Notes: generated by a model not told the origin, from the letters alone. 64,000 nucleotides of DNA from an uncultured delta proteobacterium (GCA_963782055.1 CAWAIF010000003.1:6880001-6944000), one strand, 5' to 3'; shown: positions 43,614-54,645, numbered from the stretch's first letter. Numbers and translations: made by a program.

Positions 43614-44177
43614 ATGAAGAAGACCAAGGTGAGATGCAAGCCGTTGCAGAAAACCCATCGCACCTTCATCGCCACGGAGATTGCTCGCCTCCTTCCCGTC
43701 GCCGGAGACGAGAGCAACCCAATGCGGAAGGTAGCCCGCGACTTGGTCGATCGGCTGATCTGGCGGTGGACGGCGGACGGATACGATCCGAAGACAAACG
43801 CGGTTCTCTACGATGCCCGAAAGTACGACTGTGATGCCTACGCTCACACGCCCGCGGCGCGGAAGCGAGCACGCGCGGGGAAGCGCGGGATCAGGCATGA
43901 GCACGTGATACCGAAGCGGGCGCTCATCGAGCGGCTCCTTCGAGAGAGACCGGACGCGCAGGCCACTAGAAGGTTTCTGGATCGATTCTGCATCGTTGCC
44001 ATTGTGCTGAAGGAGGATGAGGAGCGCTACATCCCGAAGGCGCTCCGCAAGTCGATGCCCACCACATTCTCCTTCGATGACCCCTCAGCTGACCTCTGGG
44101 CGCGATATCGACCGCACTCCCGCGCCGCGAAGGGGCTATTCGCTCGCCTCCGGTTCCCCAAGGGCCCGAGGCGCTGA
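43614..44177 (+). CDS. Hypothetical protein, possible His-Me finger nuclease
   Basis: HEHVIP motif; WARY. Confidence 0.6.
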   Translation: MKKTKVRCKPLQKTHRTFIATEIARLLPVAGDESNPMRKVARDLVDRLIWRWTADGYDPKTNAVLYDARKYDCDAYAHTPAARKRARAGKRGIRHEHVIPKRALIERLLRERPDAQATRRFLDRFCIVAIVLKEDEERYIPKALRKSMPTTFSFDDPSADLWARYRPHSRAAKGLFARLRFPKGPRR

Positions 44178-44249
44178 CTCCGGGCCCCGGACGATCTCGG
44201 GTGCGTCCGAGGCTGCCTTTCCTGCCCCGTATTCCGGCTCGTGGGCGTT

Positions 44250-46346
44250 CTACCCCACCGCCCGCTTCGCCCCTTCCACATCCAGCAACTTCTCCGCCAG
44301 GAGGTCCCCCATCAGCGCCTCCGGCAGGCACGCCTGAAACTTGGACACCGGGGTCCGGGCCGCCGCCTCCGCGAACCTCCGCGCATCCGCCATCGTGGGG
44401 CGCCCCGCGTCCCGGAGCCCGGCGATCTCCTCGCGGATCGCGGCGATACTCTTCGCCGCTCCCTCCCGGAAGGTCACGTGGGTGTTCTGCGCGGTCACCC
44501 GCTCCCCGAGCTCCGCCTCGAGCACCTTGGCTAGCAGGGTGTTCGCGGCGCCGCCAGCGAAGGTCCACCACTCGACCTCCTTGCCCTTGTCGAGCAGGGG
44601 CGCGGGCTCGCCGGCCAGGAAGTCGTGCTCCGCGCGCATGAAGGCGATCCGCTTCTGCGCCCGCTGGGACCACGCGGGGTCCACCTCCGTGTCGCAGAGC
44701 ACCGCGCGCATCGCCTGGCAGAGGTCGTAGCCGAGGAAGCGCGCGCCGCCTGACCAGCGGGTGGACTTGCCCGCGGTCGCCGGGCGGACCTCGCACTGGC
44801 CTCGCTCCCAGTCGATCAGGGTGATCTGCCAGGCCTTGCCGCCGAGGATGAAGGTGCCGCGCTCCGCGTCGGAGTCGATGGTCGCCAGGAACTTGGCGTC
44901 GACCGTACCGATCTCGCGCGTGTTCCACCGCACGACGACGAGCTTCGGCGTGTCGAACACCGAGTAGAGCTTGCGGAAGTTCGCTCGGCCGTACTGCTTC
45001 TCGCCGGCGTCGCCGAGCCAGAGCTTCGCGTCCTGCACTGTGAGGATGTCCTCCCGCTGCATGTGCTCGACAATGCTCTGGCGCTCGCTCTCGCTAAGCC
45101 CCGCGAAGCTCGTCGCCCCCTTGAGCCAGCTCCACCAGTCACCCGGCTCGACGCCTCCGAGCTGGATCGCCAGCGCCATGAGCTGGTGGGCCAGGATGTG
45201 GCTCGCCCGGCGGCTCGGACGCACCGGCTCGACGAAGCCCTGCCGGTACAGCCGGAGCAAGGCGGCCGCCTGGAGGACGCCCTTGTCCTTGGTGGCGAGG
45301 AAGGTGAAGTTGGGGACCGAGCCGTCGCGCCGGCCGGTGCGCCCCATGCGCTGCAGAAAGCTCGCGACGCTGCCCGGGCTATCGATCTGCAGCACGTGAT
45401 CCAGGTCGCCCACGTCGATGCCGAGCTCGAGGGTGCTCGTCGCCACGATGACGCAGTCCTTGCCCGTGGCGAAGGCCTCCTCTGCGCTCTGCCGCTCTCC
45501 GAGCGAGAGTGAGCCGTGGGTGACGAACGTGCGGACCTTGTCCTGATCGAGGAGCTGCCCGAGCGTCTCCGCCTGCCGTCGCGCGTCGACGAAGACCAGC
45601 CGCTTGCGGCCCGGATGGAGCTCCTTGATCACCCGCGCGGCGTTCTCGATGCCCCCTACGAAGTCGAGCGCGACCTCCGGGGTCTTCTTCGCGCCGCCCG
45701 GGTCGATGACGCGACCGGGCCGTGTGGAGCTGCCGGCGACCCAGCGCAAGATCTCGTCCGGGTTGCCTACCGTCGCCGAGAGACCGATGCGCTGCACGTC
45801 GCGGCCCGCGTACCGCGTGAGGCGTTCGAGGACGGAGGCGAGGTGCGCCCCGCGATCGTCGTCTGCGAAGGCGTGGATCTCGTCGATGACCACCGCCCGC
45901 AGTCCCGCGAAGAGCTCACGCGCCGGGAAGCGCGTGCTCATCAGCATCGCCTCGAGCGACTCCGGGGTCGTGAGCATGAGGTCCGCCGGCTCACGGAGGA
46001 ATCTGGTTCGGGCGCTCGACGACACGTCGCCGTGCCACTTGAAGACTCGCCGGCCCACCAGGTCGGCGTACCGCGCGAGGCGATCCTCCTGGTTGTTGAG
46101 CAGCGCGCGGATGGGCGACATGTAGAGGCACGAGACGGGCTGCCACGCCTGCTCGTCCATCAGCGAAAAGATGGGGAAGAAGGCGGCCTCCGTCTTGCCA
46201 CCGGCCGTCGGCGCGAGCACCACGCAGTTGTCGCCCGCGAGGATGGCCTCGATGGCCCTCTCCTGCACCGGCCGGAGCGAGCGGAAGCCGAGGCGGCTGA
46301 CGATCTGGTGCTGCAGCGCCCCACTGAGACGATCGAACGCGGTCAT
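44250..46346 (-). CDS. brxHI: BREX type 2 Lhr-like DEAD/DEAH helicase
   Basis: APTAGGKTEAA, DEIH, GLSAT, STLELGID, QRMGRTGRR; last gene of the Pgl operon. Confidence 0.9.
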   Translation of the reverse strand: MTAFDRLSGALQHQIVSRLGFRSLRPVQERAIEAILAGDNCVVLAPTAGGKTEAAFFPIFSLMDEQAWQPVSCLYMSPIRALLNNQEDRLARYADLVGRRVFKWHGDVSSSARTRFLREPADLMLTTPESLEAMLMSTRFPARELFAGLRAVVIDEIHAFADDDRGAHLASVLERLTRYAGRDVQRIGLSATVGNPDEILRWVAGSSTRPGRVIDPGGAKKTPEVALDFVGGIENAARVIKELHPGRKRLVFVDARRQAETLGQLLDQDKVRTFVTHGSLSLGERQSAEEAFATGKDCVIVATSTLELGIDVGDLDHVLQIDSPGSVASFLQRMGRTGRRDGSVPNFTFLATKDKGVLQAAALLRLYRQGFVEPVRPSRRASHILAHQLMALAIQLGGVEPGDWWSWLKGATSFAGLSESERQSIVEHMQREDILTVQDAKLWLGDAGEKQYGRANFRKLYSVFDTPKLVVVRWNTREIGTVDAKFLATIDSDAERGTFILGGKAWQITLIDWERGQCEVRPATAGKSTRWSGGARFLGYDLCQAMRAVLCDTEVDPAWSQRAQKRIAFMRAEHDFLAGEPAPLLDKGKEVEWWTFAGGAANTLLAKVLEAELGERVTAQNTHVTFREGAAKSIAAIREEIAGLRDAGRPTMADARRFAEAAARTPVSKFQACLPEALMGDLLAEKLLDVEGAKRAVG

Positions 46347-47692
46347 TCGAGAGCCCCGCCGCCGCCACCGTCCTCCGTCAGGTCGAGGTCGATGTCGTCG
46401 ACCGAGCGCGCGATGCCGGCGGCGTACCGCTCTTCGGCCGTCATCTCGTTCGGCTGGATGGTGAAGTCCTCGTGCTCCGCCGGGTCGTACTCGGCGTGCT
46501 CGTCCACCTTGTCGAGCACGCTGACCAGGCGCTGCAGGAAGATTCGCGGCACCACGCCGATCTTCTTCCCGAGCTGCCCGGACACTCGCTCGACGATGGC
46601 GCCAAGGACCGCATCGTTCACGCGTGACTCGATGCGTTCCTTCTCGGGCGACGGGTAGAGCTCGCGGACGCGCGTTCCGACGCGCAGCAGCTTCTCACGG
46701 TCGAAGGGCGGGAGGCGGATCCGCACCGCACGCGCGCTGTCGAACCGGGAGTCCTTCCCGAAGTCGACGTGGAGCCGCTGGGCGAGCGGATCGAGGCCGC
46801 CAACCCCGCGGCTGCTCTCGAAGAAGGAGGGGGTGCCGGTGATGAGCAGGTACAGCCCTGGGAAACGCTGCGCCGCGACGTCGTCGATGAGCTGGCGGAG
46901 CGCGTTGAGGCTCTTCTCGCGGCTCTCCCGGCGGACGCGCTGGATGGTCTCCACCTCGTCGAGGACGAGCACCAGGCCCTTTCGCCCCGTCTGCTTCAGC
47001 ACCTCGAGCAGGCCCCGGATGAATCCGGCGGCGCCGAAGTGATCCACCTCGCCCTTCAGGTTGGCCGCGCGCTTGATGCCGGCGCCGACGTTGGGGTTTC
47101 CCATCAGCCAGGCGACGAGGCCGTCGGAGGTGGCGTGGTCGCCCCGGACCCTCGCGGTGTGGCATGCGCGGAGCGCCGCCGCGAAGTCGGGCTGCGTCGC
47201 GCTCACCTCGGCGAGCCGCCGCTCCAGCAGCTGGCCGACCGCCTGCGCCACGGCCTCCGGATCCTGCGCGTTGATCTCACCGGCCGCGAGCACCTCGTCT
47301 TCGAGGGAGAAGAACCAGCGGTCGACCAGCGCGTGGAACGCCCCGTCGCTCCACTCGCGCGTCTGCAAACCCTCTACGGCGCGGCGGTATACCGTCTCCA
47401 TCCGGTACAGCGGGGTCTCCGCCTCGGAGATCTGGACCTGCGCGGTGGCGAAGCCCTTCTCTCGGGCCCGGTGCTCCAGCCAGCGCGAGAAGAACGTCTT
47501 TCCCGCGCCATACTCGCCCTGCACCGCCTTGAACTTGCTGCCTCCGGCCGCGACGCTGTCGAGCTCCTCGTCGATGGCCTTCTCGAAGCGCTCCAGGCCC
47601 ACGGCGAAGAGCTCGAGGCCGCGCTTCGGGACCGTGCCGCTTCGCAGGGCGTCGATGATCTCCCGGCGCTTGAGGGGGCTCGGATCGCTCAC
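46343..47692 (-). CDS. brxD: BREX system ATP-binding protein BrxD
   Basis: IIDALRSGTVP, GEYGAGKT, LVLDEVE, ITGTP. Confidence 0.92.
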   Translation of the reverse strand: MSDPSPLKRREIIDALRSGTVPKRGLELFAVGLERFEKAIDEELDSVAAGGSKFKAVQGEYGAGKTFFSRWLEHRAREKGFATAQVQISEAETPLYRMETVYRRAVEGLQTREWSDGAFHALVDRWFFSLEDEVLAAGEINAQDPEAVAQAVGQLLERRLAEVSATQPDFAAALRACHTARVRGDHATSDGLVAWLMGNPNVGAGIKRAANLKGEVDHFGAAGFIRGLLEVLKQTGRKGLVLVLDEVETIQRVRRESREKSLNALRQLIDDVAAQRFPGLYLLITGTPSFFESSRGVGGLDPLAQRLHVDFGKDSRFDSARAVRIRLPPFDREKLLRVGTRVRELYPSPEKERIESRVNDAVLGAIVERVSGQLGKKIGVVPRIFLQRLVSVLDKVDEHAEYDPAEHEDFTIQPNEMTAEERYAAGIARSVDDIDLDLTEDGGGGGALE

Positions 47693-50520
47693 AGCTTCAC
47701 CCCGAACTGGGCCTCCAGCACGGCACGCTGGAGAACGACCTGCTTGGCTCTCAGATCGTGCGTGATCGCCTCGTAGCCGTCCACGTTGAGGACCTCCTGG
47801 AGCTTGCGAATGAGCCCGGTCGCCCGCCACGCAGGCTCGCCGAGGGCCGCGCAGAACGCGTCCAGATGCGCGTTGTCGCGCCGCTCGACCAGGTACTGCA
47901 CCGCGGCGATGACGCGGCGACGCTCCTCCGCGCTCGGGCATCGTGCTGCGAGGAGTTCGTTCTTCTCCAGCGGCGAGGGCGCGACGCTACGCATGGATCC
48001 GGACGCGGGTCTGCGCGGCGGGGGCGCCGCAGGTGGCGGCGCGGTCTCCGCCGGCGCCGGTGCCAGGCCCCCCAGCGGGAGCTGCTCTTTCGGAGGGCCC
48101 TTCGGCTTCTTCGGCGGCTTCCGCGGCAGCAGCGGGTCCGCCACGGGGCTCGCATCGACCGCGCGCTCCACGTCGAGGTGCCACCACGACGGCTCCAGCA
48201 GCGGCATCACCTTCTGATCCGCATCGTGCACGTGACGCCCGTCGTCCGGAGCGATGAGCAGGCAGGGCGCCACCACCTCGGCGAGGCTCGCGCCGCCGTG
48301 CTCGCCGGCGTGGGTGCCGCCGCCGTAACGCGTGCGGTCGTCCGCCAGGAGGACCACCCCATGCGCGCCCTTCGGTGCCCACACGCCCGTGCCGTGAAAC
48401 CCGACCTCGTCGTCGCTCACCGGGTCGGACGCCTCCGTCCACGGTCGCCAGCGCGCGCCGGCGCCCACGAAGTTCCCCTTCGACGCGAGCAGATCGCCCG
48501 GCACGTGCCCGTGGTCCGACGCGAGCAGCACCGCGCGCCCCGCCTCGCGCGCCGCATCGAGGAGCTGCGGGAGCGATCCGATGCTGTCGGCCGTCCACTC
48601 GTGCCGCTGTTGCGTATCGCCCTTCAGCGAGGCGTCGATGGCGTTGATGACGATGGCCACGAGGCGACGCCCCGGGTCCCGCACGAAGGTGAGCGCTTCC
48701 GTCGAAGCGACGCCGGAGCTCGTGTGGCCCTCGCCGCGCAACATCAGCCGCGGGTCGACCCCTTCGCGCTCCACCTTGCCCACGGCCCTGTTCGCGACCC
48801 AGCGCTTCGGATCGTCCGCCGTGGTCTGGGTCGCGCCGGCGGGCGTGGCCTTGCCCGCGAAGAAGGCCGCCCGGCTCACCTCGGTGACGGTCGGGAGCTG
48901 CGCGAACACCACCGGCCGCGCGCTTTGCCCGACCTGGCCATTCTTCGACGCGTGCCACGCCATCGGGCCCCACGGAACCGCCCAGTCGCCGAGGGACGCG
49001 AGGACCGTCACCGCCTGCGCCCACGCCATCCCGTCCATGAGCAGAACGAGCAGCTTGCGTGTCGGCTCCCCGGCGAGGAAGCGCAGCGCGATGCGCTCGA
49101 CGGCCATGTCGATGGGCAGGGCCTGAGCAGACGGCCGGCCCGCCTCGATCCAGCCCACCAGCGATCGGGCGAAGCGCCGGTCGAGCCCGCTGCGCGCCGC
49201 GTCGGCGGCCTGCACGACGGCCTGCACGCCGCGCCCGAAGGCGTCGACCGCGGGGCCCCGCGCGTCGCGCCGCGCGAGATCCACGAACCCGCCCTGTTCG
49301 GTGTACCAGCGACCGAGCACCTCGGCGTCGCGGTAGGGAGTGTCGGTGGCGGGATCGGGTCCGGGGCTGCTCAGCCAGGCGAGGAGCTGCACGGCACGCT
49401 CGGCCCGGCGCGTGACCGGCGCTTGCTCCGGGTCCAGGAAGAACACATGCGTCTCGAGTCGCGCCCGCGCGCTGACCGCGAGCTCCAGCGCCTCCGGACC
49501 AGGGCTCGCGGCGCCGCTCTCCAGCACCTTCCCGAGCGCGTCCAGGCGAAGCCTCCACGCGATGGGGAGGCGCTTGCTGTCGATCAGCAGCGCCTTGACG
49601 TCGCTCGCGGTCACCTTGGCCTCTGCCGAGGCCAGCACCGTCCGCACCAGCGCCGGCTGCCGCTCGCCGACCCAGCGCAGCGCGCGGCCCACCGCGTCGC
49701 CAAGCTGCCGCGCGACGCGATGCGCGACCTCTTCGTCCTTCACCCCGAGCTCCGACTGCTGCATCCCCCGCCACGTGTAGGCAGGACCATGCTCGTGCGT
49801 GGCGAGCGCCTCGAAGAGGACGGCGAGCTCCAGGATGGCGACGCCGCGCCTGGCGCGCGCCGACCGCCACACGACCACCCCCGCCTCCCCGAGGGTCCGG
49901 CGGAGGTGCGACTCGATCGCAGCGACGAGCGTGACGTGCCCCGCCTCCAGCGCCTCGATGTCGGCCACGCGGTTGTCGACCGCGGCCCAGCCAAGCAGGA
50001 GGTCCAGCGCCAGACCGTCGGCCGTGTCGATGCAGAAGCGTGCGCCGAGCCAGCGGTCGAAGAGCGCTTCCAGCGTGACCAGCCCACCGATCCCAGACGT
50101 CCCTTGCAGCTCGGAGGGGTGGGCCAGGAGGTGGTCGGCCAGCGGTGAGCCCAGGACGCCGTCGCCCAGATCCGTGGCGCCGAGGAGCCGCTTCAGTCGG
50201 GCCTCCTTGCCGATGCGCCGGATGTGCCCATTGCGCGAGAAGCGCCCGGCGAGATCGATCGGGATCTCGCCCGTCCACGGCACGATGAACGCTATCGGGA
50301 GGGAGACCGCGCCGAGCGTGGGCAGCCGGGCGCGCAAGTCGAGCTCGCTCTTCACCGGGACGATGCGGAAGCGCTCGCCGGTCGCGCTGGGGACCTCCTC
50401 CTCCGAGCCCGGCGCGTAGGACCCGTGGAACGCGAACAGACGACGGCCCCTCTGATCCGCCTTCCGGATTTGCTCCATGGCGTCTTCGACGTCCTTGCGG
50501 CTCAGCTCGGGCAGGTCCAT
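47689..50520 (-). CDS. pglZ: BREX-2 phosphatase PglZ
   Basis: LLMDGM, PTVTEVSRAA, ASDHGH, HGGAS..EV; LNVDGY tail. Confidence 0.92.
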   Translation of the reverse strand: MDLPELSRKDVEDAMEQIRKADQRGRRLFAFHGSYAPGSEEEVPSATGERFRIVPVKSELDLRARLPTLGAVSLPIAFIVPWTGEIPIDLAGRFSRNGHIRRIGKEARLKRLLGATDLGDGVLGSPLADHLLAHPSELQGTSGIGGLVTLEALFDRWLGARFCIDTADGLALDLLLGWAAVDNRVADIEALEAGHVTLVAAIESHLRRTLGEAGVVVWRSARARRGVAILELAVLFEALATHEHGPAYTWRGMQQSELGVKDEEVAHRVARQLGDAVGRALRWVGERQPALVRTVLASAEAKVTASDVKALLIDSKRLPIAWRLRLDALGKVLESGAASPGPEALELAVSARARLETHVFFLDPEQAPVTRRAERAVQLLAWLSSPGPDPATDTPYRDAEVLGRWYTEQGGFVDLARRDARGPAVDAFGRGVQAVVQAADAARSGLDRRFARSLVGWIEAGRPSAQALPIDMAVERIALRFLAGEPTRKLLVLLMDGMAWAQAVTVLASLGDWAVPWGPMAWHASKNGQVGQSARPVVFAQLPTVTEVSRAAFFAGKATPAGATQTTADDPKRWVANRAVGKVEREGVDPRLMLRGEGHTSSGVASTEALTFVRDPGRRLVAIVINAIDASLKGDTQQRHEWTADSIGSLPQLLDAAREAGRAVLLASDHGHVPGDLLASKGNFVGAGARWRPWTEASDPVSDDEVGFHGTGVWAPKGAHGVVLLADDRTRYGGGTHAGEHGGASLAEVVAPCLLIAPDDGRHVHDADQKVMPLLEPSWWHLDVERAVDASPVADPLLPRKPPKKPKGPPKEQLPLGGLAPAPAETAPPPAAPPPRRPASGSMRSVAPSPLEKNELLAARCPSAEERRRVIAAVQYLVERRDNAHLDAFCAALGEPAWRATGLIRKLQEVLNVDGYEAITHDLRAKQVVLQRAVLEAQFGVKL

Positions 50521-50531
50521 CTCCGCCCTCG

Positions 50532-53500
50532 TCAGGCCTTGTCGGTTTCCGGCTTGCCGCGAACCTCGACGCTCGCGGTCAGCTCCACCTCGTCCCCGGC
50601 CTCTTCGAGCGCCGCGCGAGCCTTCGCGATCAGCGCGTCGAGCTGCGTCCGTGCGGCGGCGCCGCCTTTCGCGCTCGCGCGTTCGGAGAGCACCACCTTC
50701 CACCCTTGGGGCGGCGGGGGCGGCGCCGGCCGCAGCGCGATGGCCTCCTGCGCGAGCTTCCGGAGCGTCTCCACGAGCGGCTCGTTGACCTCATCCTGCC
50801 GCAGCGCACGCACCACCTTCTCGACGACCTCGGTGGCGCCCTGCACGTCAGCGTGCTCGCTGAGCAGCGGCTCGAAGGCGTGAAAGAACACGTCGTCCGC
50901 GAGCTGCGCCGCGACCTTCTCCGCCGTCATCAGGCTCCGACCCAGGGCCTGCGCGCTCGTCTTCGGCTCGAAGCGCGCGAGCGCGGCGATCTGCTCCAGG
51001 GTGGAGGCGCCTGCCAGCGACTTACAGATGGCAGCGCCGCTCTTCGCCGTGGTGACGCGGTCCACCTTCGTCTCCGCGCCGAGCGCGGCGAGCCGTCGCT
51101 CGACGAGGGCGGGCAACGCCGCGGCCGCTCGCTCGACGCGCCCGAGCTCCTTCGCCAGCGCCACCTCGAAGCGCTTCAGGTTGTCGGCGTGGAGCGCCTT
51201 GCCCGGGAGGGTGAAGCCGAACAGGTACCCCGCGAGGCCGAGCGCCTTGTTCCACTGGTCCATCGGCGGAAGGGGCGGCTTCTCCAGGATCACGTCGTCC
51301 GCCAGCCGCGTCCTGGCCACCGGCTCCAGAGGCCGCCCCGCCTGCATGAAGGTGCGCGCGGCCCACCGCGCGTAGCAGCGGATGACGAGGTCCTCGGTCT
51401 CCGGGCTGAGCCCCCGCTTGCGCTGCGGGTCGAGCCAGCGGCGGAGCTCCACCACCTGCGGCTCCTGGCTCCCCGCCTTGGCCCGCTCCTGCTCGAGCGT
51501 CTGCAGCGTCTTGTCCTCCACGAGGTGCACCGCACCCTCGCTCGTCCGGACGAGGCCCAGTTCGCCGAGCGTGTCGCGCATCTCGTTGACCAGGGTCTTG
51601 TCGGCCGCCAGGCGTTTCTGGTCGCTGTCGACGAGCTCGCCGAACTTCTCCACCAGCCGCTCGACGCGCTGCGGAGTGAGTGGCTCGCGGAGCTCCGGGT
51701 TGCTCGGGTACCGCGCCTCGAGGAGCGCGCCGACGTAACGCTCGAGCGCCTCACTGAGGTTCGGCGCCATCAGAGGGGAGATCTTGGCGCCTGGCTTGAG
51801 GACCCGCAGGTTCTGCTCGACGATCGCCGACTCGTCGAGGTCGCCGTCCTTCGGGCGCGCGAGCCCGTAGGCCTGGTCGAGCACCCGCACGAGCCGGCCG
51901 CGCTTGGCGTGGCGCAGGTTGTCCAGATCGCTCTGCGCGCGCTGCTGATCGGCGACCCCGAGATGGCTCACCGCCTCGCGCTGCGTGTCCTTGGAGTCGA
52001 AGATGTACTCCAGGATCGTCAGCTCCCCGAGCAGATCGTTGACCTCCTTGGCGAAGAAGCTGGGCAGCCAGACGAGCGTCCAGCTTCCACCTTCCTCCAC
52101 GAAGCGGTCGCACACCTCCTCGTCGTCGACGGGGCCATGTCCCGCGTCGTCGAAGGGGTAGTCGACAATCATTCGCCACTCGTGCGCGTCGGCGCACCGG
52201 AGCTGCTCCGGGCCGAGCTTGCGGACGTTGGCGAAGCGAAGGTGGCCGGAGCGCTTGGTGTTGTGCCACACCACCACGCGGTCCTGGCCGGCGTCGCCCA
52301 CCTCCTCGATCCCCATGGCGCCGAAGAGCACGTTCCGGAGGACGCGCTGCCTGGCTCCGGGCGAGTCCTTGCCGCGGAACTTGTCGAGGATGGGGCCCAG
52401 GTCCACGCCCTCCAGCTGCAGCCGCACGCTCGGATCGGCGCCGTCGCCGATGCGAAGCTGCCCGAGGGAGCCCGCCCAGCGTCGCAGGCGCTGCGCGATC
52501 TCCGCCGCCTCACCGCCCGGGACGGGCACCTTCAGGCTCCCCTGATTGAGCTGCACCAGCTTGCTGCAGGTCAGGTCCTTGAGGGCGGGCACCTCCGGCA
52601 CCAGGGCGGCGACGAGCAGCGTCTTGGCGATGCGGTTGTCGGTGCGGCAGCCCTTCTCCGGGCAGCCCGCGCAGCCGAGGCGCGTGAGGTGCGACGGCCG
52701 CTCGCGCTGGCACCGGTCGGGCCCCGTCGTGCCGTGCGCCGCCCGGATGATGGGCAGCAGCTTGTGCTTGTACAGGCTCTTGGCCGACTCGAAGCGGTTC
52801 TTCATCATGCCGTCGACGGCGTCCTCGCCAGCGGCGAGCACGTCGAACAGATCGCCGACGCGGACGATCTCCCCGACGGCGAGGTCGGGCATGTACTCGA
52901 CCAGCATCTCCATCAGCATGCGGATGGCCGTGCGCTCGCGCTGCAGCGACGCCGAGAGCGCCACCAGCGCCTCGACGAGCGCCGGGCTGAACGGATACAG
53001 CCGCCGGAAGGCGCGCTCGTCCTCCTGCCCCAGCAGCGTGTACCAGGAGGCGCCGGCGCCCTTCTTGAAGCTGGCGAAGGCGTCGTCGATGGGCTTCGGA
53101 TCGCCGTTCTTCGGGCGGAGCACACGCCGCTCGATGATCTCCGGCAGGTTCTTGTCCTCCAGCATCACCTTCTCGTAGCGGCCCTCCCACCACCGGAGCG
53201 AGTCGCGGAGGCGCACGTGCTCGTCGCCCAGCATGTCCTCGCCCACCATCTCGGCGAGGTCACGCTGCCGCGCGATGAAGCTGATGATGGGGACGGGCCG
53301 GTCGGCCTCCTGGGCCTCGACCAGCTTCACCATCTTCTGCACCTCCCGGTGCAAGATCTCCGGCGTGGTGGCGAGGCTCCAGAGCCACAAGATCAGCTCG
53401 TCCAGGAAGAGGACCACGCCGTCGTAGCCGAGCTCCTTGGCGTGCCGCGACATCACGCTCAGGCCCGTGTCCAGATCGAGGTAGCTCCCGCCCTTCTCGG

Positions 53501-54182
53501 CGAAGGCGCCGAACCAGCTCTTGACGAGCGCGCTGAAGAGCTGCGCGCGCTCCGCCGGGTCGGTGGAGCCCGCGGCGGCGTCGAAGCGAGCCTTGTCCCA
53601 CGCCTGCGCGCGCTTGCCCCAGCCGGCGGCGGCCGGCACCTGGGCGTTCATCCGGGCGAAGAACTTCTCCTCGCCCAGCTCGGCGAGCATGCGCGCGGCA
53701 TCGACGAAGAGGGACTCGTCGGCGAAGAGGCCGGGCAGGTCGGCGTCGGGGTAGTGCTCGCGGACGAAGTGCAAGTACTGGTCGAAGATGGCGTCCTCGA
53801 TGCCGCGCTTGTCGACCATGTGGAAGTGAAGCTCCACCAGCTTCTTCTTCCCGACGAAGTCGTACTTGGGGCGAAGTGCGTGCAGCTCCTTGATGCGCCA
53901 CGCCTCCTCGTCGCCGCGAAGCAGCAGGCTTAGCAGCACCATGAAGTGGCTCTTGCCGCTGCCGAAGCTGCCGTGGATGTACGCGGCCTTCGACCGCCGG
54001 TCGCGCAGCGCGCTGCTGACGATGCCGAGCGCCCGATCGAAGGCGTCGGCTAGGCGCTCGGTGACGACGAAGGTGTGGGCGGCCTCGCCGGGCTTGCCGA
54101 CCGCGTCGGTCAGCTTGACGACGAAGTCGCTCTTGCCGACGTGGTCGGGCAGGTCGAAGAGATCGCGGACGAGTTCCGGCAT
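50532..54182 (-). CDS. pglY: BREX-2 ATPase PglY
   Basis: DFVVKL, HGSFGSGKSHFM, LFLDELIL, YPFSPAL. Confidence 0.93.
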   Translation of the reverse strand: MPELVRDLFDLPDHVGKSDFVVKLTDAVGKPGEAAHTFVVTERLADAFDRALGIVSSALRDRRSKAAYIHGSFGSGKSHFMVLLSLLLRGDEEAWRIKELHALRPKYDFVGKKKLVELHFHMVDKRGIEDAIFDQYLHFVREHYPDADLPGLFADESLFVDAARMLAELGEEKFFARMNAQVPAAAGWGKRAQAWDKARFDAAAGSTDPAERAQLFSALVKSWFGAFAEKGGSYLDLDTGLSVMSRHAKELGYDGVVLFLDELILWLWSLATTPEILHREVQKMVKLVEAQEADRPVPIISFIARQRDLAEMVGEDMLGDEHVRLRDSLRWWEGRYEKVMLEDKNLPEIIERRVLRPKNGDPKPIDDAFASFKKGAGASWYTLLGQEDERAFRRLYPFSPALVEALVALSASLQRERTAIRMLMEMLVEYMPDLAVGEIVRVGDLFDVLAAGEDAVDGMMKNRFESAKSLYKHKLLPIIRAAHGTTGPDRCQRERPSHLTRLGCAGCPEKGCRTDNRIAKTLLVAALVPEVPALKDLTCSKLVQLNQGSLKVPVPGGEAAEIAQRLRRWAGSLGQLRIGDGADPSVRLQLEGVDLGPILDKFRGKDSPGARQRVLRNVLFGAMGIEEVGDAGQDRVVVWHNTKRSGHLRFANVRKLGPEQLRCADAHEWRMIVDYPFDDAGHGPVDDEEVCDRFVEEGGSWTLVWLPSFFAKEVNDLLGELTILEYIFDSKDTQREAVSHLGVADQQRAQSDLDNLRHAKRGRLVRVLDQAYGLARPKDGDLDESAIVEQNLRVLKPGAKISPLMAPNLSEALERYVGALLEARYPSNPELREPLTPQRVERLVEKFGELVDSDQKRLAADKTLVNEMRDTLGELGLVRTSEGAVHLVEDKTLQTLEQERAKAGSQEPQVVELRRWLDPQRKRGLSPETEDLVIRCYARWAARTFMQAGRPLEPVARTRLADDVILEKPPLPPMDQWNKALGLAGYLFGFTLPGKALHADNLKRFEVALAKELGRVERAAAALPALVERRLAALGAETKVDRVTTAKSGAAICKSLAGASTLEQIAALARFEPKTSAQALGRSLMTAEKVAAQLADDVFFHAFEPLLSEHADVQGATEVVEKVVRALRQDEVNEPLVETLRKLAQEAIALRPAPPPPPQGWKVVLSERASAKGGAAARTQLDALIAKARAALEEAGDEVELTASVEVRGKPETDKA

Positions 54183-54195
54183 GAGGTGCGGCTTC

Positions 54196-54645
54196 TCAGG
54201 GGAGGTTTTGGAGGATCCGCCACTCGTCCCAGAGGCGGAGCGCCGCATTGACGAGATCGGCGTACTCGTGAGCGGAGTTGGCAGGCGACGCGTTGAAGAT
54301 CACAAGAACGTCGCCCGCCTTGACGACCCACGGTAGCGGACTGCGATACATGAGCGTCACGATTGGCTCCAACGTGTGCTGCCACCACTGCGTTGAGGTC
54401 CCGTCCAATCCCGTACCTGCCTGGACCGCCGTGGCATCGGGAGCCACGACGTCCAGATAGGAGAGAATGTTGTTGCCGCCTGGGGGGAGGCCGATATGCC
54501 GACGCACAACCCGACCCGGGCTATGCTGCGGGACGAGCATCGGATCGGACGGGAACGGCGCCCCAGGGATGTCGTGCATGTGCAGGTAGGCTTGGACGCC
54601 GTCCCGGCCCGTGCGGGCGCGTACATGCTGGGCCGTCAGGTACAT
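54196..54645 (-). CDS. Hypothetical protein, third gene of the HEPN module
   Basis: MYLTAQHV..SYLDVVAPD; ATG directly after the previous stop. Confidence 0.7.
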   Translation of the reverse strand: MYLTAQHVRARTGRDGVQAYLHMHDIPGAPFPSDPMLVPQHSPGRVVRRHIGLPPGGNNILSYLDVVAPDATAVQAGTGLDGTSTQWWQHTLEPIVTLMYRSPLPWVVKAGDVLVIFNASPANSAHEYADLVNAALRLWDEWRILQNLP

